Shown: one piece after another, positions 29,118 through 38,471 of the stretch
Numbering within the stretch: the first letter of the stretch is position 1
Layout of the letters: each line of letters opens with the position of its first letter
NCBI GenBank assembly: GCA_017518295.1
Contig: JAFWVJ010000012.1
Span: 338,010-402,009, forward strand
DNA length: 64,000 nt
Reading direction: 5' to 3'
DNA from: Clostridia bacterium
Lineage (GTDB): Bacteria > Bacillota > Clostridia > TANB77 > UBA1234
Notes under the pieces: model-generated
What the model saw: only the letters and a program-made list of their open reading frames with translations
Database searches by the model: none
What the model was told of the DNA's origin: nothing
Position numbers and translations under genes: made by a program

Positions 29118-29333
29118 ATTATGTCACCCATTTTCTACAAATTATTCATTAATATTTTATCTAATTAGCATCAATTATTCAACATTTATTTACCTATTCT
29201 AAAAGCTAAAAATCATAATTCTACATAGCTTTATTTTAGCCAAGTTTGATTGACAAATTTAGTTTAAGTAATATATTATTATCTTATGTTTATAAGTGCA
29301 TTCGCACAAATTTTTATAAAAGGAGATTTAAAG

Positions 29334-29834
29334 ATGGGAGAAAGAAAAGAGAAGTTAAAAAATGCTTCAAAAAAAGGTTTATCTGATTTTAAAGAATTTG
29401 CATTAAAAGGCAACATTGTTGATATGGCTGTCGGTGTTATTATCGGTGGTGCTTTTGGAACTATTGTTTCTTCATTAGTTAGCGATATTATAATGCCATT
29501 AATCAGTAGTATTACTGGTGGAATTGATTTTACTAATAAATTCGTTGTATTAGGTTCAAGTGGAGATACTTATGCTACTTTAGAAGCTGCTAAAGAAGCT
29601 GGTGCAAACACATTAAACTGGGGTACTTTCGTTACAAACATTATTAACTTCTTAATAATTGCAATTGTAATGTTTATTATCATCAAAAAAGTATTTGGTG
29701 CTTTACAAAAAGGAAAGAAAAAGGACGAAGCTCCTGCAGAACCTACAACAAAAGAATGTCCATACTGCTTATCTGAAATTCCAATAAAAGCAACAAGATG
29801 TCCTCATTGTACATCTGAACTAGAGAAAAAATAA
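29334..29834 (+). CDS. mscL: large-conductance mechanosensitive channel MscL with C-terminal zinc-ribbon extension
   Basis: FKEFALKGNIVDMAVGVIIGGAFGTIVSSLVSDIIMP; C-terminal CPYC...CPHC; SD aaaggag before ATG 29334. Confidence 0.8.
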   Translation: MGERKEKLKNASKKGLSDFKEFALKGNIVDMAVGVIIGGAFGTIVSSLVSDIIMPLISSITGGIDFTNKFVVLGSSGDTYATLEAAKEAGANTLNWGTFVTNIINFLIIAIVMFIIIKKVFGALQKGKKKDEAPAEPTTKECPYCLSEIPIKATRCPHCTSELEKK

Positions 29835-29862
29835 AATATTTTAATTAAATTATTATTTTAAG

Positions 29863-29912
29863 ATTTAAAAAGCACTATATTTGTTCGTAAAGAATCAAAT
29901 ATAGTGCTTATT
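29863..29912 (+). terminator. rho-independent terminator
   Basis: agcactatatttg...caaatatagtgct hairpin plus ttttttt. Confidence 0.55.
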
Positions 29913-29945
29913 TTTTTATATTATTTATATAATTCTTTTTATTTA

Positions 29946-31250
29946 TTAACCATTGCTCTTCATTGCTTCGATTGCTTTTATCTTTGTTGCTTTTATAGCT
30001 GGATATAAACCAGATATCATACCTACTACAACAGAAAATCCTAAAGCAGCAAAACAAAGCCATGCTGGAATTACAGAAATATTACTTCCAGAAGAGATTC
30101 CAAGTTGTCCTCCAATTTCTGGTGCATACTTATTCAGTATGAATGAAATTCCATAGCTTATTGCAAGACCTAACAAGCCTCCCAAAAATCCGATTATTCC
30201 TGCTTCAAATAAGAATAGTTTTCTAATATCTGTAACCACACATCCTAATACTTTCATAACGCCTATCTCTTTTGTTCTTTCATAAATAGACATTATCATT
30301 GTATTAGCTATACCTATAGCAGATACTAAAAGTGATACTGCGCCAATTCCACCAAGTACTAATTGAATTGTATTAGATATCTCAGTTACATTATCTAATT
30401 CATCTGCTCTACTATATGAATTAAATCCTAATGCTTTAATTTGATCTTGAACCTCTACTACATGGGCAGTATCATCTACGCTTACTAAAACTGTTGAGTA
30501 AGTAAGTTCTTGACTCTTCTTAGAATCTTTATTATTTTTTTGCTTTTCTTTATACCATTTTTTTACTTGCTCTATAGGAGCATAATTTGCATATCCCATT
30601 TCAGAATTAGATTCTTCCATTACTCCAGAAACTATAAGCTTACTATATTTAGGATTTGCTTTTTCTCCATATATTTCATCGAAAGTAATCTTAATATTAT
30701 CTTCCATCAAGTCAACTGGATTTTCATTCGTATAACCAAATATATTATTAGATCTTGGATTATAAAAATTAACCGTATTTTTACCAAATAATACTGCAGT
30801 TGGATTATCGTTTGAAATCATTTCGCCTTGTTCTACTTTTGGTAAATCAAAATATTGAGCCACATCTGGATCAATTCCTGTTATAGAAGCGTATGCTTGA
30901 TATTTTCCAGATTTTAAATAACATTCTACTTGTAAAAGTGGAGTAACTGCACGTACATGATTTATATTTTTTAATTTAGTAATCATCGTATCGTCTAGTT
31001 TATTTTTCTTTTCTATACCTCTTCCAGTTTCTTCATCATATTCAAAAGAATAACTTTCAATTCTTACTAAAGTTAAGCTTCCCCATTCTTCTAATTGCTT
31101 TGTATAACTATCTCTTAAGGCAATACCTAATGAAAGCATTATAACAATAGAAAAAGCACCAATAGCAACACCAACCATAGTCAAAACTGTACGAAGTTTT
31201 CTTCTCCATAAGTTTTTAAATCCCATAGTAGTAAAATCTATTAACTTCAA
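29946..31250 (-). CDS. ABC transporter permease, FtsX/MacB-like
   Basis: N-terminal TM, large periplasmic loop, C-terminal 3-TM FtsX-like bundle. Confidence 0.75.
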   Translation of the reverse strand: MKLIDFTTMGFKNLWRRKLRTVLTMVGVAIGAFSIVIMLSLGIALRDSYTKQLEEWGSLTLVRIESYSFEYDEETGRGIEKKNKLDDTMITKLKNINHVRAVTPLLQVECYLKSGKYQAYASITGIDPDVAQYFDLPKVEQGEMISNDNPTAVLFGKNTVNFYNPRSNNIFGYTNENPVDLMEDNIKITFDEIYGEKANPKYSKLIVSGVMEESNSEMGYANYAPIEQVKKWYKEKQKNNKDSKKSQELTYSTVLVSVDDTAHVVEVQDQIKALGFNSYSRADELDNVTEISNTIQLVLGGIGAVSLLVSAIGIANTMIMSIYERTKEIGVMKVLGCVVTDIRKLFLFEAGIIGFLGGLLGLAISYGISFILNKYAPEIGGQLGISSGSNISVIPAWLCFAALGFSVVVGMISGLYPAIKATKIKAIEAMKSNG

Positions 31251-31309
31251 AAGATATCACCTTCTTTCTATTAGTTCTTTTTAAACAACATTAATTTACT
31301 TTATAATAA

Positions 31310-31450
31310 TTATTTACTAACAGATTTTTTACCGAAAATAATACCTAGAGTAATACCAACTATTGCACAAACAACTAAAACAATTATAAAAACATGTAAG
31401 TTTCCACCATTTGAAGCATTTTCAGCTTCCATCATCATCATTTCTTCCAT
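31310..31450 (-). CDS. uncalled 46-aa hydrophobic peptide (MEEMMMMEAENASNGGNLHVFIIVLVVCAIVGITLGIIFGKKSVSK)
   Basis: read manually from minus strand between permease and upstream gene; single TM; below ORF-track size cutoff. Confidence 0.35.
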   Translation of the reverse strand: MEEMMMMEAENASNGGNLHVFIIVLVVCAIVGITLGIIFGKKSVSK

Positions 31451-31468
31451 AGTTCATATCCTCCTTTA

Positions 31469-33223
31469 TTAAATATCTTCTTCAAATTTTTTCATCAATA
31501 TCTTTTTTGTAATGATAAATGTCAAAACAAAAGATACTAATAAAGTTCCTATTCCTGAAAGAACTATTTGCCAAGTTTCAAAAGTTGTTCCTTGTTCTTC
31601 TGGTGCAGGTATATCTTCACCTATTGGCATATCTATATCTGTTGGTATTTCTTCAGTAAAAGCTTCTCCTTGGAATTCTTTTTTAACAGAGTTAACTCTA
31701 CCACTTGAATCTTCAAAAGATAGAATTAATGTTCCAACATTTATTCCTTCTTTAGTAGGTTTTACTTCTATATCATAATAATCTGAATTACCAGCTTGAA
31801 TGTTACCTATATAGTTTTGTTCTTGCACACCTTCAAAGTCACCTTCTACAGAAGCTTGTAAATTTGAGATTGTAGCTTTTCCCATATTTACATAGTCAAA
31901 AGATAAGCTTGATGGTTGTCCAACATATCCTTCGCTTATATTAATACCATTTATAACTAGTTTTGAATATTCAGTTACTGGAATATTAATAGTCTCAATT
32001 GAGTTATATTCTGCACCATTGTAATCTTCATATTCAAAATTTAGATTTAATTCATAAGAATTAGAAGTCAAATCTTGTTTTGCTTTTAAATCAATTTTCT
32101 TACTAACTGATTGAGAAGCTCCAACGCTTTCTATATAGAATGTGTTACTTCCTCTAGTAATAATAAAGCAACCTTCTTTACTGCTTACAGTTACTTTAAC
32201 ATTACGAATAGCTTTTTCTCTACTTGTATTTTTGAATGTAAATGAAAATGTAAAATCATCACCTGCGACCAAATTATTTGGATTTATGCTATAAGAACTA
32301 ATTATTGTCTTTGGTTTAGCATATTTAACATCATCATTATCTGTTTCTTTATCTCCAGATGACTTTGGTTTTAATTTTACTCCTGTTATATATATCTTCT
32401 TAGAAGCAGTATACTCTTTATCATCAAATCCTTTATAAGTGATTGTGGCTGTGATTGTATTATCTTTTGTTTCTATATCATCAGAGATTACAAAATTAAA
32501 CTTTTGATTAACTGTATTTCTTCCCTCTATAGTGCCTAAATAGCTGTAGTCTTTTGAATCTAAAGGCATAATTCCAGAATCAGTAAATCCTTCTAATTTT
32601 AATTCTACATCTTTAGCATCACTTTCACCTATATTTGATATATCGAAGCTTGCAATAAATCTATCTCCATATTTAAGATTTTGTGAAGATAAAACTATAT
32701 TTGAAACATTAATAATAGGTTTAGATTTTTCTGTAATAATTTTAAAATAAGTAACATCGTCTCTTGTAAATACTTCATTAGATGCATTTTTATATTCTAA
32801 TTTAAGCTTTAATGCATAAGTACCCATTTTGGCTTCTTCAGAAGTTCTTATTTTAAATGTACAAGTTCCTTCTGAATTTGCTTTTAAAGCAACTGTAGTA
32901 GCATATTCTAAAGGTCTTTCATATATTAATGCTTTATTATCTTCTATTTGAGGAGTAATATGTAAGCTCATTGCTTTATCATTACTCTCATTTTTAAATC
33001 TCAATTTAAATTCTATAATTGCTCCAGGTTCAACTTCTGGAATATCTTCAGATTGTTTTATTTTTACTAATGGAGTTTTGGCTTTTGCACTATTTTTACC
33101 TGCATTATATCCATCATCATATCCATCATTATAAGCATCTTCCACTGTTTTTTCATCTGCAAAAGTTAGTGAACTAACTAAAACCATAGTCACTATAATA
33201 AATATTAATCCAAGCTTTTTCAT
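31469..33223 (-). CDS. exported multi-domain protein (repeated beta-sandwich CARDB/DUF11-like modules) with signal peptide and C-terminal TM anchor
   Basis: signal peptide; repeated ~100-aa modules with KxxxxFxIxNxGxxxAxxVxV-like pattern; C-terminal TM; sits between ABC ATPase and permease. Confidence 0.55.
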   Translation of the reverse strand: MKKLGLIFIIVTMVLVSSLTFADEKTVEDAYNDGYDDGYNAGKNSAKAKTPLVKIKQSEDIPEVEPGAIIEFKLRFKNESNDKAMSLHITPQIEDNKALIYERPLEYATTVALKANSEGTCTFKIRTSEEAKMGTYALKLKLEYKNASNEVFTRDDVTYFKIITEKSKPIINVSNIVLSSQNLKYGDRFIASFDISNIGESDAKDVELKLEGFTDSGIMPLDSKDYSYLGTIEGRNTVNQKFNFVISDDIETKDNTITATITYKGFDDKEYTASKKIYITGVKLKPKSSGDKETDNDDVKYAKPKTIISSYSINPNNLVAGDDFTFSFTFKNTSREKAIRNVKVTVSSKEGCFIITRGSNTFYIESVGASQSVSKKIDLKAKQDLTSNSYELNLNFEYEDYNGAEYNSIETINIPVTEYSKLVINGINISEGYVGQPSSLSFDYVNMGKATISNLQASVEGDFEGVQEQNYIGNIQAGNSDYYDIEVKPTKEGINVGTLILSFEDSSGRVNSVKKEFQGEAFTEEIPTDIDMPIGEDIPAPEEQGTTFETWQIVLSGIGTLLVSFVLTFIITKKILMKKFEEDI

Positions 33224-33972
33224 TAATGTATTTCCCCTTCCTTGATACTAATCAATTTGCCATCATGTATTTCTATTACTTTATTTGCATATCTTGTCAT
33301 AGTTGGATCATGTGTAACCATGACTATAGTTTGATTTTTATCTTTTGCCATCTGTTTTATAATATCCATTATTTCTTCTGAAGTTTTACTATCTAAGTTG
33401 CCAGTTGGTTCATCTGCAAAAACTACTTCCGGATCTGCTACAAACGCACGAGCAATACCTACTCTTTGTTGTTGACCTCCTGACATTTGACTAGGTTTAT
33501 GTTTGATTCTTTCTTTTAAACCAACTTTTATTAGCATCTCTCTTGCTTTTGCAGCTCTTTTTTTACTAGGTATTTCTTTAAATATCATTGGCATTTCAAC
33601 GTTTTCTTGAGCCGTAAGCGAGTTTACTAAGTTATATGCCTGAAAAACGAAGCCTAAGTACTTTTGTCTAAATTTGGCAAGTTTATTTTCGCCCATTTTG
33701 GTGACTTCCTGCCCTTTAATAAATACTTGGCCAGAGGTAATCTTTTCTATTCCTGCCATAATATTTAGTAAAGTAGACTTTCCTGAGCCAGAAGAGCCCA
33801 AAAGGCAGCAAAAATCACCCTTGTTGATAGTAAAACTTACTCCATCAAGGGCTAAAACTTTTTCATTACCTACTTTATATATCTTTCTTGCATCTATAAC
33901 TTCAATTATAGGAGTATTATCTGTGTTTGAAACATTCTCTATAGTAGTATTTTTATTGTTTTCTTGCTTCAA
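33223..33972 (-). CDS. ABC transporter ATP-binding protein (MacB/LolD-like)
   Basis: Walker A GSSGSGKST, signature LSGGQQQRVGIARA, Walker B VVFADEPTGNLD. Confidence 0.85.
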   Translation of the reverse strand: MKQENNKNTTIENVSNTDNTPIIEVIDARKIYKVGNEKVLALDGVSFTINKGDFCCLLGSSGSGKSTLLNIMAGIEKITSGQVFIKGQEVTKMGENKLAKFRQKYLGFVFQAYNLVNSLTAQENVEMPMIFKEIPSKKRAAKAREMLIKVGLKERIKHKPSQMSGGQQQRVGIARAFVADPEVVFADEPTGNLDSKTSEEIMDIIKQMAKDKNQTIVMVTHDPTMTRYANKVIEIHDGKLISIKEGEIH

Positions 33973-34283
33973 TTATAATTCTCCTTTCCAATTTTTTAAG
34001 AACCTAAACTATTATAGTAACATAATGTAAATTATGCAATACCTTAAATCACTATTTTATAAGTATAATTACCTTAAAACACATATACTGATAAAATAGC
34101 CTTAATAAGCCATTTTATTGCATTTTATGTAAATTTGTGATATAATATTTGTAGTTTTCTATATTATTTTAGTGGTTTAACTTTTTTGTTTTTCCACGCT
34201 CACGAGTGGATTAATACAATTGTAGACCACTAATTTTATGGGAAACGAAAAAATTATGGCCATAGGCCAAGGAGGAAATCATC

Positions 34284-34883
34284 ATGAAAAAAGGGTACTT
34301 CAAAAACGGGTTCCGGTCTATTCTAAAAATTTTCTGGTTTATTCTCAATTTTGCTGCAAACTTCATTGGCCTTGCCTTTGTGGTTTGCCCCATCATTTAT
34401 GCTTTTGCAAAGCATGTTGATGTGGAAGCAACTCTTGTATCAGTTTGGGACAAAATCGACTCCATTTCTTCGACAGGAATCCTTCCTGTAGATTATCTTT
34501 ATAGAGCTTTAAAAGAGCTGTGGATAATCATCGGGCAAATTCCTATGGGGAATTGGATCCAGATGGGCATTGTTGTAATTGTTGCAATCGAGTCGATTAG
34601 GTATTTTACAAAGCCTATTCGCACTGGATTTGCAAAGTTTACAAATTTGTTCCATAGAGAAAGTAAGGTATTCCCCAAGCTGAAGGGAACAATGTCAAAA
34701 GGAGCATCTTCTTTTGATCCTGATGCCGAAGGATACAAGAACTGGCATCCCGGTGAAAAAGGTCCCATGGACAATGTTCCTCCTGAGCTAATTGAGAAAA
34801 TCTCTCATAGCTCAGAAGAAAGTAAGCCTGATGAAGAAAAGGGTAATGTCGTGAGCATTGCATCTTTTAGAAAGAAGGCTTAA
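34284..34883 (+). CDS. hypothetical membrane protein (199 aa) with GC-rich codon usage
   Basis: 3 predicted TM; SD ggaggaaatc; composition markedly GC-richer than flanks; followed by hairpin terminator and palindromes. Confidence 0.5.
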   Translation: MKKGYFKNGFRSILKIFWFILNFAANFIGLAFVVCPIIYAFAKHVDVEATLVSVWDKIDSISSTGILPVDYLYRALKELWIIIGQIPMGNWIQMGIVVIVAIESIRYFTKPIRTGFAKFTNLFHRESKVFPKLKGTMSKGASSFDPDAEGYKNWHPGEKGPMDNVPPELIEKISHSSEESKPDEEKGNVVSIASFRKKA

Positions 34884-34889
34884 TTCGTT

Positions 34890-34927
34890 TCCCGAATCCC
34901 TCGTGTGCTACACGGGGGATTTTTTTG
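34890..34927 (+). terminator. rho-independent terminator
   Basis: atccctcgtgtgctacacgggggat hairpin plus ttttttt. Confidence 0.5.
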
Positions 34928-35028
34928 AGACTTGGGGACGTTCCCCAGAAGTCTCACGCACGAAATTTCAAACTTGAAAGTGAGACTTGGAGGGAATGTC
35001 CCCAAGTCTCAGTGTTCGCCGCTACGAA
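34927..35028. repeat. two copies of a ~27-bp perfect palindrome (gagacttggggacgttccccaagtctc-type) plus REP-family tail ...cgccgctacg
   Basis: copies at 34927-34955 and 34981-35012; third copy at 41676-41702. Confidence 0.65.
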
Positions 35029-35051
35029 TTTTTATTACAACAAAAAAAGAA

Positions 35052-35567
35052 TTATACATTAGCAAGATATGAGTTAAATGATGTATCGATTCTTTCATCG
35101 ATCATCTTTTCAACATTTTCCTTGCTTAAATCTTCTGCAAGAACTAATTCAGAAACTAAAATTTGTTTTGCATTTGTAAGCATTTTCTTTTCACCAGTAG
35201 CTAAGCCTTTTTCTTTTTGTTTAAAAGTTAGGTTCCTAACTACTTCTGCAACTTCAAATATGTCTCCTGATTTCATTCTTTCCATGTTATCTCTATATCT
35301 CTTGTTCCAATTGCTTGTAACAACTTGAGTATTATTATTAAATACGTCTAATACTCCTTCGCAGCTTTCATTTCCTATTACATCTCTTACACCGATCATC
35401 TCAGCATTCTTAGTAGGAACCATTACTTTGATATCGCCTACAGGCATCTTCATAACATAATATTTTTGTGTCTCGCCTAGAACTTCTCTTTCCTCTATTG
35501 ATTCAATTGTTCCAGCGCCATGCATTGGGTATACGATATTATCTCCAACTTTAAACACCTTGATCAC
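35052..35567 (-). CDS. CarD/CdnL-family RNA-polymerase-binding transcriptional regulator
   Basis: FKVGDNIVYPMHGAGTIESIEEREVLGETQKYYVM. Confidence 0.8.
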   Translation of the reverse strand: MIKVFKVGDNIVYPMHGAGTIESIEEREVLGETQKYYVMKMPVGDIKVMVPTKNAEMIGVRDVIGNESCEGVLDVFNNNTQVVTSNWNKRYRDNMERMKSGDIFEVAEVVRNLTFKQKEKGLATGEKKMLTNAKQILVSELVLAEDLSKENVEKMIDERIDTSFNSYLANV

Positions 35568-35904
35568 ACTCCTGTCTTTCTTTATTTCTTACGGATTTTA
35601 GCTTTTGTATATAAAAATAGTCCTTTTTAGGGGTAAAATAAGACAAGTAAAGAAAACTTTACATGTCAGTAACATACTTGTAACAATCTATGCAATTAGC
35701 TTACAGACTGTGTTTCGAGGACTATTGATTATCAAAATTTAATGAAATCTTACGGATATACAAGATTTCTTTAAAAAGGGTCTTGACTCACGACCCATAG
35801 TTAGTATAACATATCACGCCAAAATTGTCAAAGAATTTATAAAAAATTATGTCAATTTTAATTTTTTAATCGATTTGATATACTCCATGTTATAAATAAA
35901 AAGC

Positions 35905-35950
35905 GTCTAAAATACTAGAAAATCTAGTAATTTAGACGCTAAATATTTAT
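35905..35950 (-). terminator. rho-independent terminator after helicase gene
   Basis: agcgtctaaa...tttagacgct hairpin plus T-run on minus strand. Confidence 0.55.
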
Positions 35951-35962
35951 TAGAATAATAAA

Positions 35963-37981
35963 CTATTCTGAAATAATTTTTGTAAGCTCTTTAGAATAAA
36001 TCACATCAAGCTTATGCATTGCTCTTGTACATGCCACATAAAGTAAATCTCTATCGGATTCGCTTCTATAGTTGTCTACTTCTGCTCCAACAACAATCAC
36101 ATAGTCAAATTCCAAACCTTTTGAAAGTTGTACTGTTGTGATTTTTGCTTTTGCATTTTTCTTTTCATCAATCATGCAAACGTTAACTTTATTTTCTTTT
36201 AGCTCTTTATAAAGTTCATTTGCTTGTTTGGTGTTTTTGCAAACGATTCCGATGTTTCTATACTTCTTATCCGCTTCTTTTATAGCTTGTCTAATATAGC
36301 TACTTACATCTTCAGCCTTAGCAATTGTTACTTCTTCTCCGTGGCGAACCACAGATTCAATATTTGCTAGTTCAGGCTTAATCTTCTTACTAAATTCAAT
36401 AATTTCGTAAGTAGATCTGTAGCTTTTATTAAGCTCAATTACAGAAGCTCCATCAAAGCAACTAATAACATCACCAATAGATGTTCTAATTCCACTAATC
36501 GATTGTGCAATGTCACCCAAAATAGTCTTATTACAATCATACACAAGATTAATTAGTCCAAAGCATACAGGCGAATAATCTTGCATCTCATCGATGATAA
36601 GATGTTTGATTGGCACAATAGGTTTCTTTCCATTAAACCTTGCCTCAATATAAGCCATCGGGAAAAGATCTGCATACTCAAAGCGATTCTTACCATGGAC
36701 AAAGTATTGTTCTTTTCCTGCCCAGCTAAAGAACTCTTCATAAGTTGTAAGTGCATTCTTAAAGTTAAACATCTGATTAATTCTCTGGCGAAGCTCTCTT
36801 TTCTTTAAAACAAGTCCTTCATCAGCTCCGAGAGAAACTATATCTTCAAAGATTATATTTGCTCTTTCAGTAGGTGTATATTTTGAATACTTTAAGAACT
36901 TTTCATATAAGTAGTCTTTTGTTACTTCATAATTACCAACTTTAAACGGAATCGGATTAAAGCAACTATCAATAGAGTTATCTACAAAATGCTTAAGGTC
37001 TGTAAAGAACTCCATTGAAGATTTGTACTTTGCTCTTGCTACATACTTAGGATCATTTCCATCAATAATCTTTTCTGCTTGTTCCCAAGCAGTTTCAAAG
37101 TGGTAATTATCAGGAAGCAAATCTTCTGCAATCTGGTTTGCTTCACATTGCAAGATATTCTCTTCATCAAGTTCCGGAAGGACTCCAGAAATATACTCAG
37201 AGAAAATCTTGTTAGGCGAAATAACCAAGATTTCTTTTGAAGTAAGCTTTCCTTTATACTTATAAAGTAAGAATGCTGCTCTGTGAAGTGCAATAGAAGT
37301 TTTACCAGAACCTGCAGCTCCCTGAATAACAAGTACATTAGAAGTCACATTTCTGATAACACTATTTTGTTCTTTCTGAATAGTAGAAACAATATTGTGC
37401 ATCTTCTGATCCGAAGTCTGAGCAAGACATTCCATCAAAATGTCATCGCTAATATTCGAACCGCTATCTGCATAATAGATGATTTTATCGTCTTCAATCT
37501 TATAATGTCTTTTTAAGATGATCTCTCCAGTGATATCACAAGACGGTGCTTCATATTTAGCTTTTCCAAGTTCATATTCATAGAACATACTCGAAATAGG
37601 CGCTCTCCAGTCATAAACATAAAAGTCAAGACTGCCTTTTTCAAGTAGTGCTCCCAAGCCAATATAAACATTCGTCACTGTTTTATCTTCGTCATCTATG
37701 AAATCAATTCGTGCAAAATAAGGAGATTTTCTCATCCTTTGATATTTTGCATGATCCTTGACATACATATCCCCAGTCATTACTTGCCCTTCAATTTGTT
37801 CTTGGGCTTGCATGATTTCTACTGGGTCAAGTTCATAGATATTCTCCCAAAGCGATCTCTTATCAGAAAGAATAGATAAGCCGAACTGATCTATTTTCGC
37901 TTTTGTTTCATCAAGAAATTTGTCGATTAGCTTAATTACTTTTCGCAAATAGTTCTTTTCTTCCGAACTTGCACGAAACAT
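35963..37981 (-). CDS. UvrD/Rep-superfamily ATP-dependent DNA helicase, HelD (helicase IV)-like
   Basis: Walker A VIQGAAGSGKTSIALHRAAFLLY ~200 aa from N-terminus; long N-terminal extension typical of HelD. Confidence 0.7.
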   Translation of the reverse strand: MFRASSEEKNYLRKVIKLIDKFLDETKAKIDQFGLSILSDKRSLWENIYELDPVEIMQAQEQIEGQVMTGDMYVKDHAKYQRMRKSPYFARIDFIDDEDKTVTNVYIGLGALLEKGSLDFYVYDWRAPISSMFYEYELGKAKYEAPSCDITGEIILKRHYKIEDDKIIYYADSGSNISDDILMECLAQTSDQKMHNIVSTIQKEQNSVIRNVTSNVLVIQGAAGSGKTSIALHRAAFLLYKYKGKLTSKEILVISPNKIFSEYISGVLPELDEENILQCEANQIAEDLLPDNYHFETAWEQAEKIIDGNDPKYVARAKYKSSMEFFTDLKHFVDNSIDSCFNPIPFKVGNYEVTKDYLYEKFLKYSKYTPTERANIIFEDIVSLGADEGLVLKKRELRQRINQMFNFKNALTTYEEFFSWAGKEQYFVHGKNRFEYADLFPMAYIEARFNGKKPIVPIKHLIIDEMQDYSPVCFGLINLVYDCNKTILGDIAQSISGIRTSIGDVISCFDGASVIELNKSYRSTYEIIEFSKKIKPELANIESVVRHGEEVTIAKAEDVSSYIRQAIKEADKKYRNIGIVCKNTKQANELYKELKENKVNVCMIDEKKNAKAKITTVQLSKGLEFDYVIVVGAEVDNYRSESDRDLLYVACTRAMHKLDVIYSKELTKIISE

Positions 37982-38083
37982 CTCTATACCTCCTTTTAAA
38001 ATTATTTTGAGAAGAATATCTATAAAGCCTATTTACTCGCTTGACATATTATCATCTTTTTTACATAATTTCAAGCATTTTGT

Positions 38084-38112
38084 TGACATTACTGTAAACC
38101 TATGATATTCTT
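38084..38112 (+). promoter_or_regulatory. sigma-A-like promoter (TTGACA-17-TGaTATTCT); second candidate TTGACA...CATAAT at 38040-38068
   Basis: near-consensus -35 and extended -10 about 60 nt upstream of small peptide ORF. Confidence 0.4.
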
Positions 38113-38171
38113 TCGATGTCGAAAATATTTTTCGGCCTCGTATCAATTTTTTTGAAAGGAGGATCCACAAC

Positions 38172-38336
38172 ATGGAAAAGCGCACTTCTTCTTGCTCCGC
38201 TACCATGCGGAACGATCGCGTTGATGGCCTGAAGGCCAAAGTTTCTACTACTGGTAAAAATAAGAAGATTAAACTTTCCTACGCTGGCAAATATGGCCAG
38301 GGTTACGATGGCTGTGGTACCCACACGCACAAGTAA
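38172..38336 (+). CDS. uncalled 54-aa Cys-containing peptide (MEKRTSSCSATMRNDRVDGLKAKVSTTGKNKKIKLSYAGKYGQGYDGCGTHTHK), candidate RiPP precursor
   Basis: strong SD aaaggagga 8 nt before ATG; GC-rich codon usage identical to downstream rSAM gene; below ORF-track size cutoff. Confidence 0.45.
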   Translation: MEKRTSSCSATMRNDRVDGLKAKVSTTGKNKKIKLSYAGKYGQGYDGCGTHTHK

Positions 38337-38396
38337 TATTTTTTGAGATATATCTTGTAAGTGTCCTATAACTATGTGAAAACAAAGTTTCTACAA

Positions 38397-38432
38397 AAGA
38401 AGAATGCCTACCTAAGGCATTCTTCTTTTTAT
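38397..38432 (+). terminator. intercistronic hairpin/partial terminator between peptide gene and rSAM gene
   Basis: agaagaatgcctacctaaggcattcttct plus ttttat. Confidence 0.5.
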
Positions 38433-38471
38433 ACATCAACAGCCACATTATGTTAAGGAGGTATTATACAA

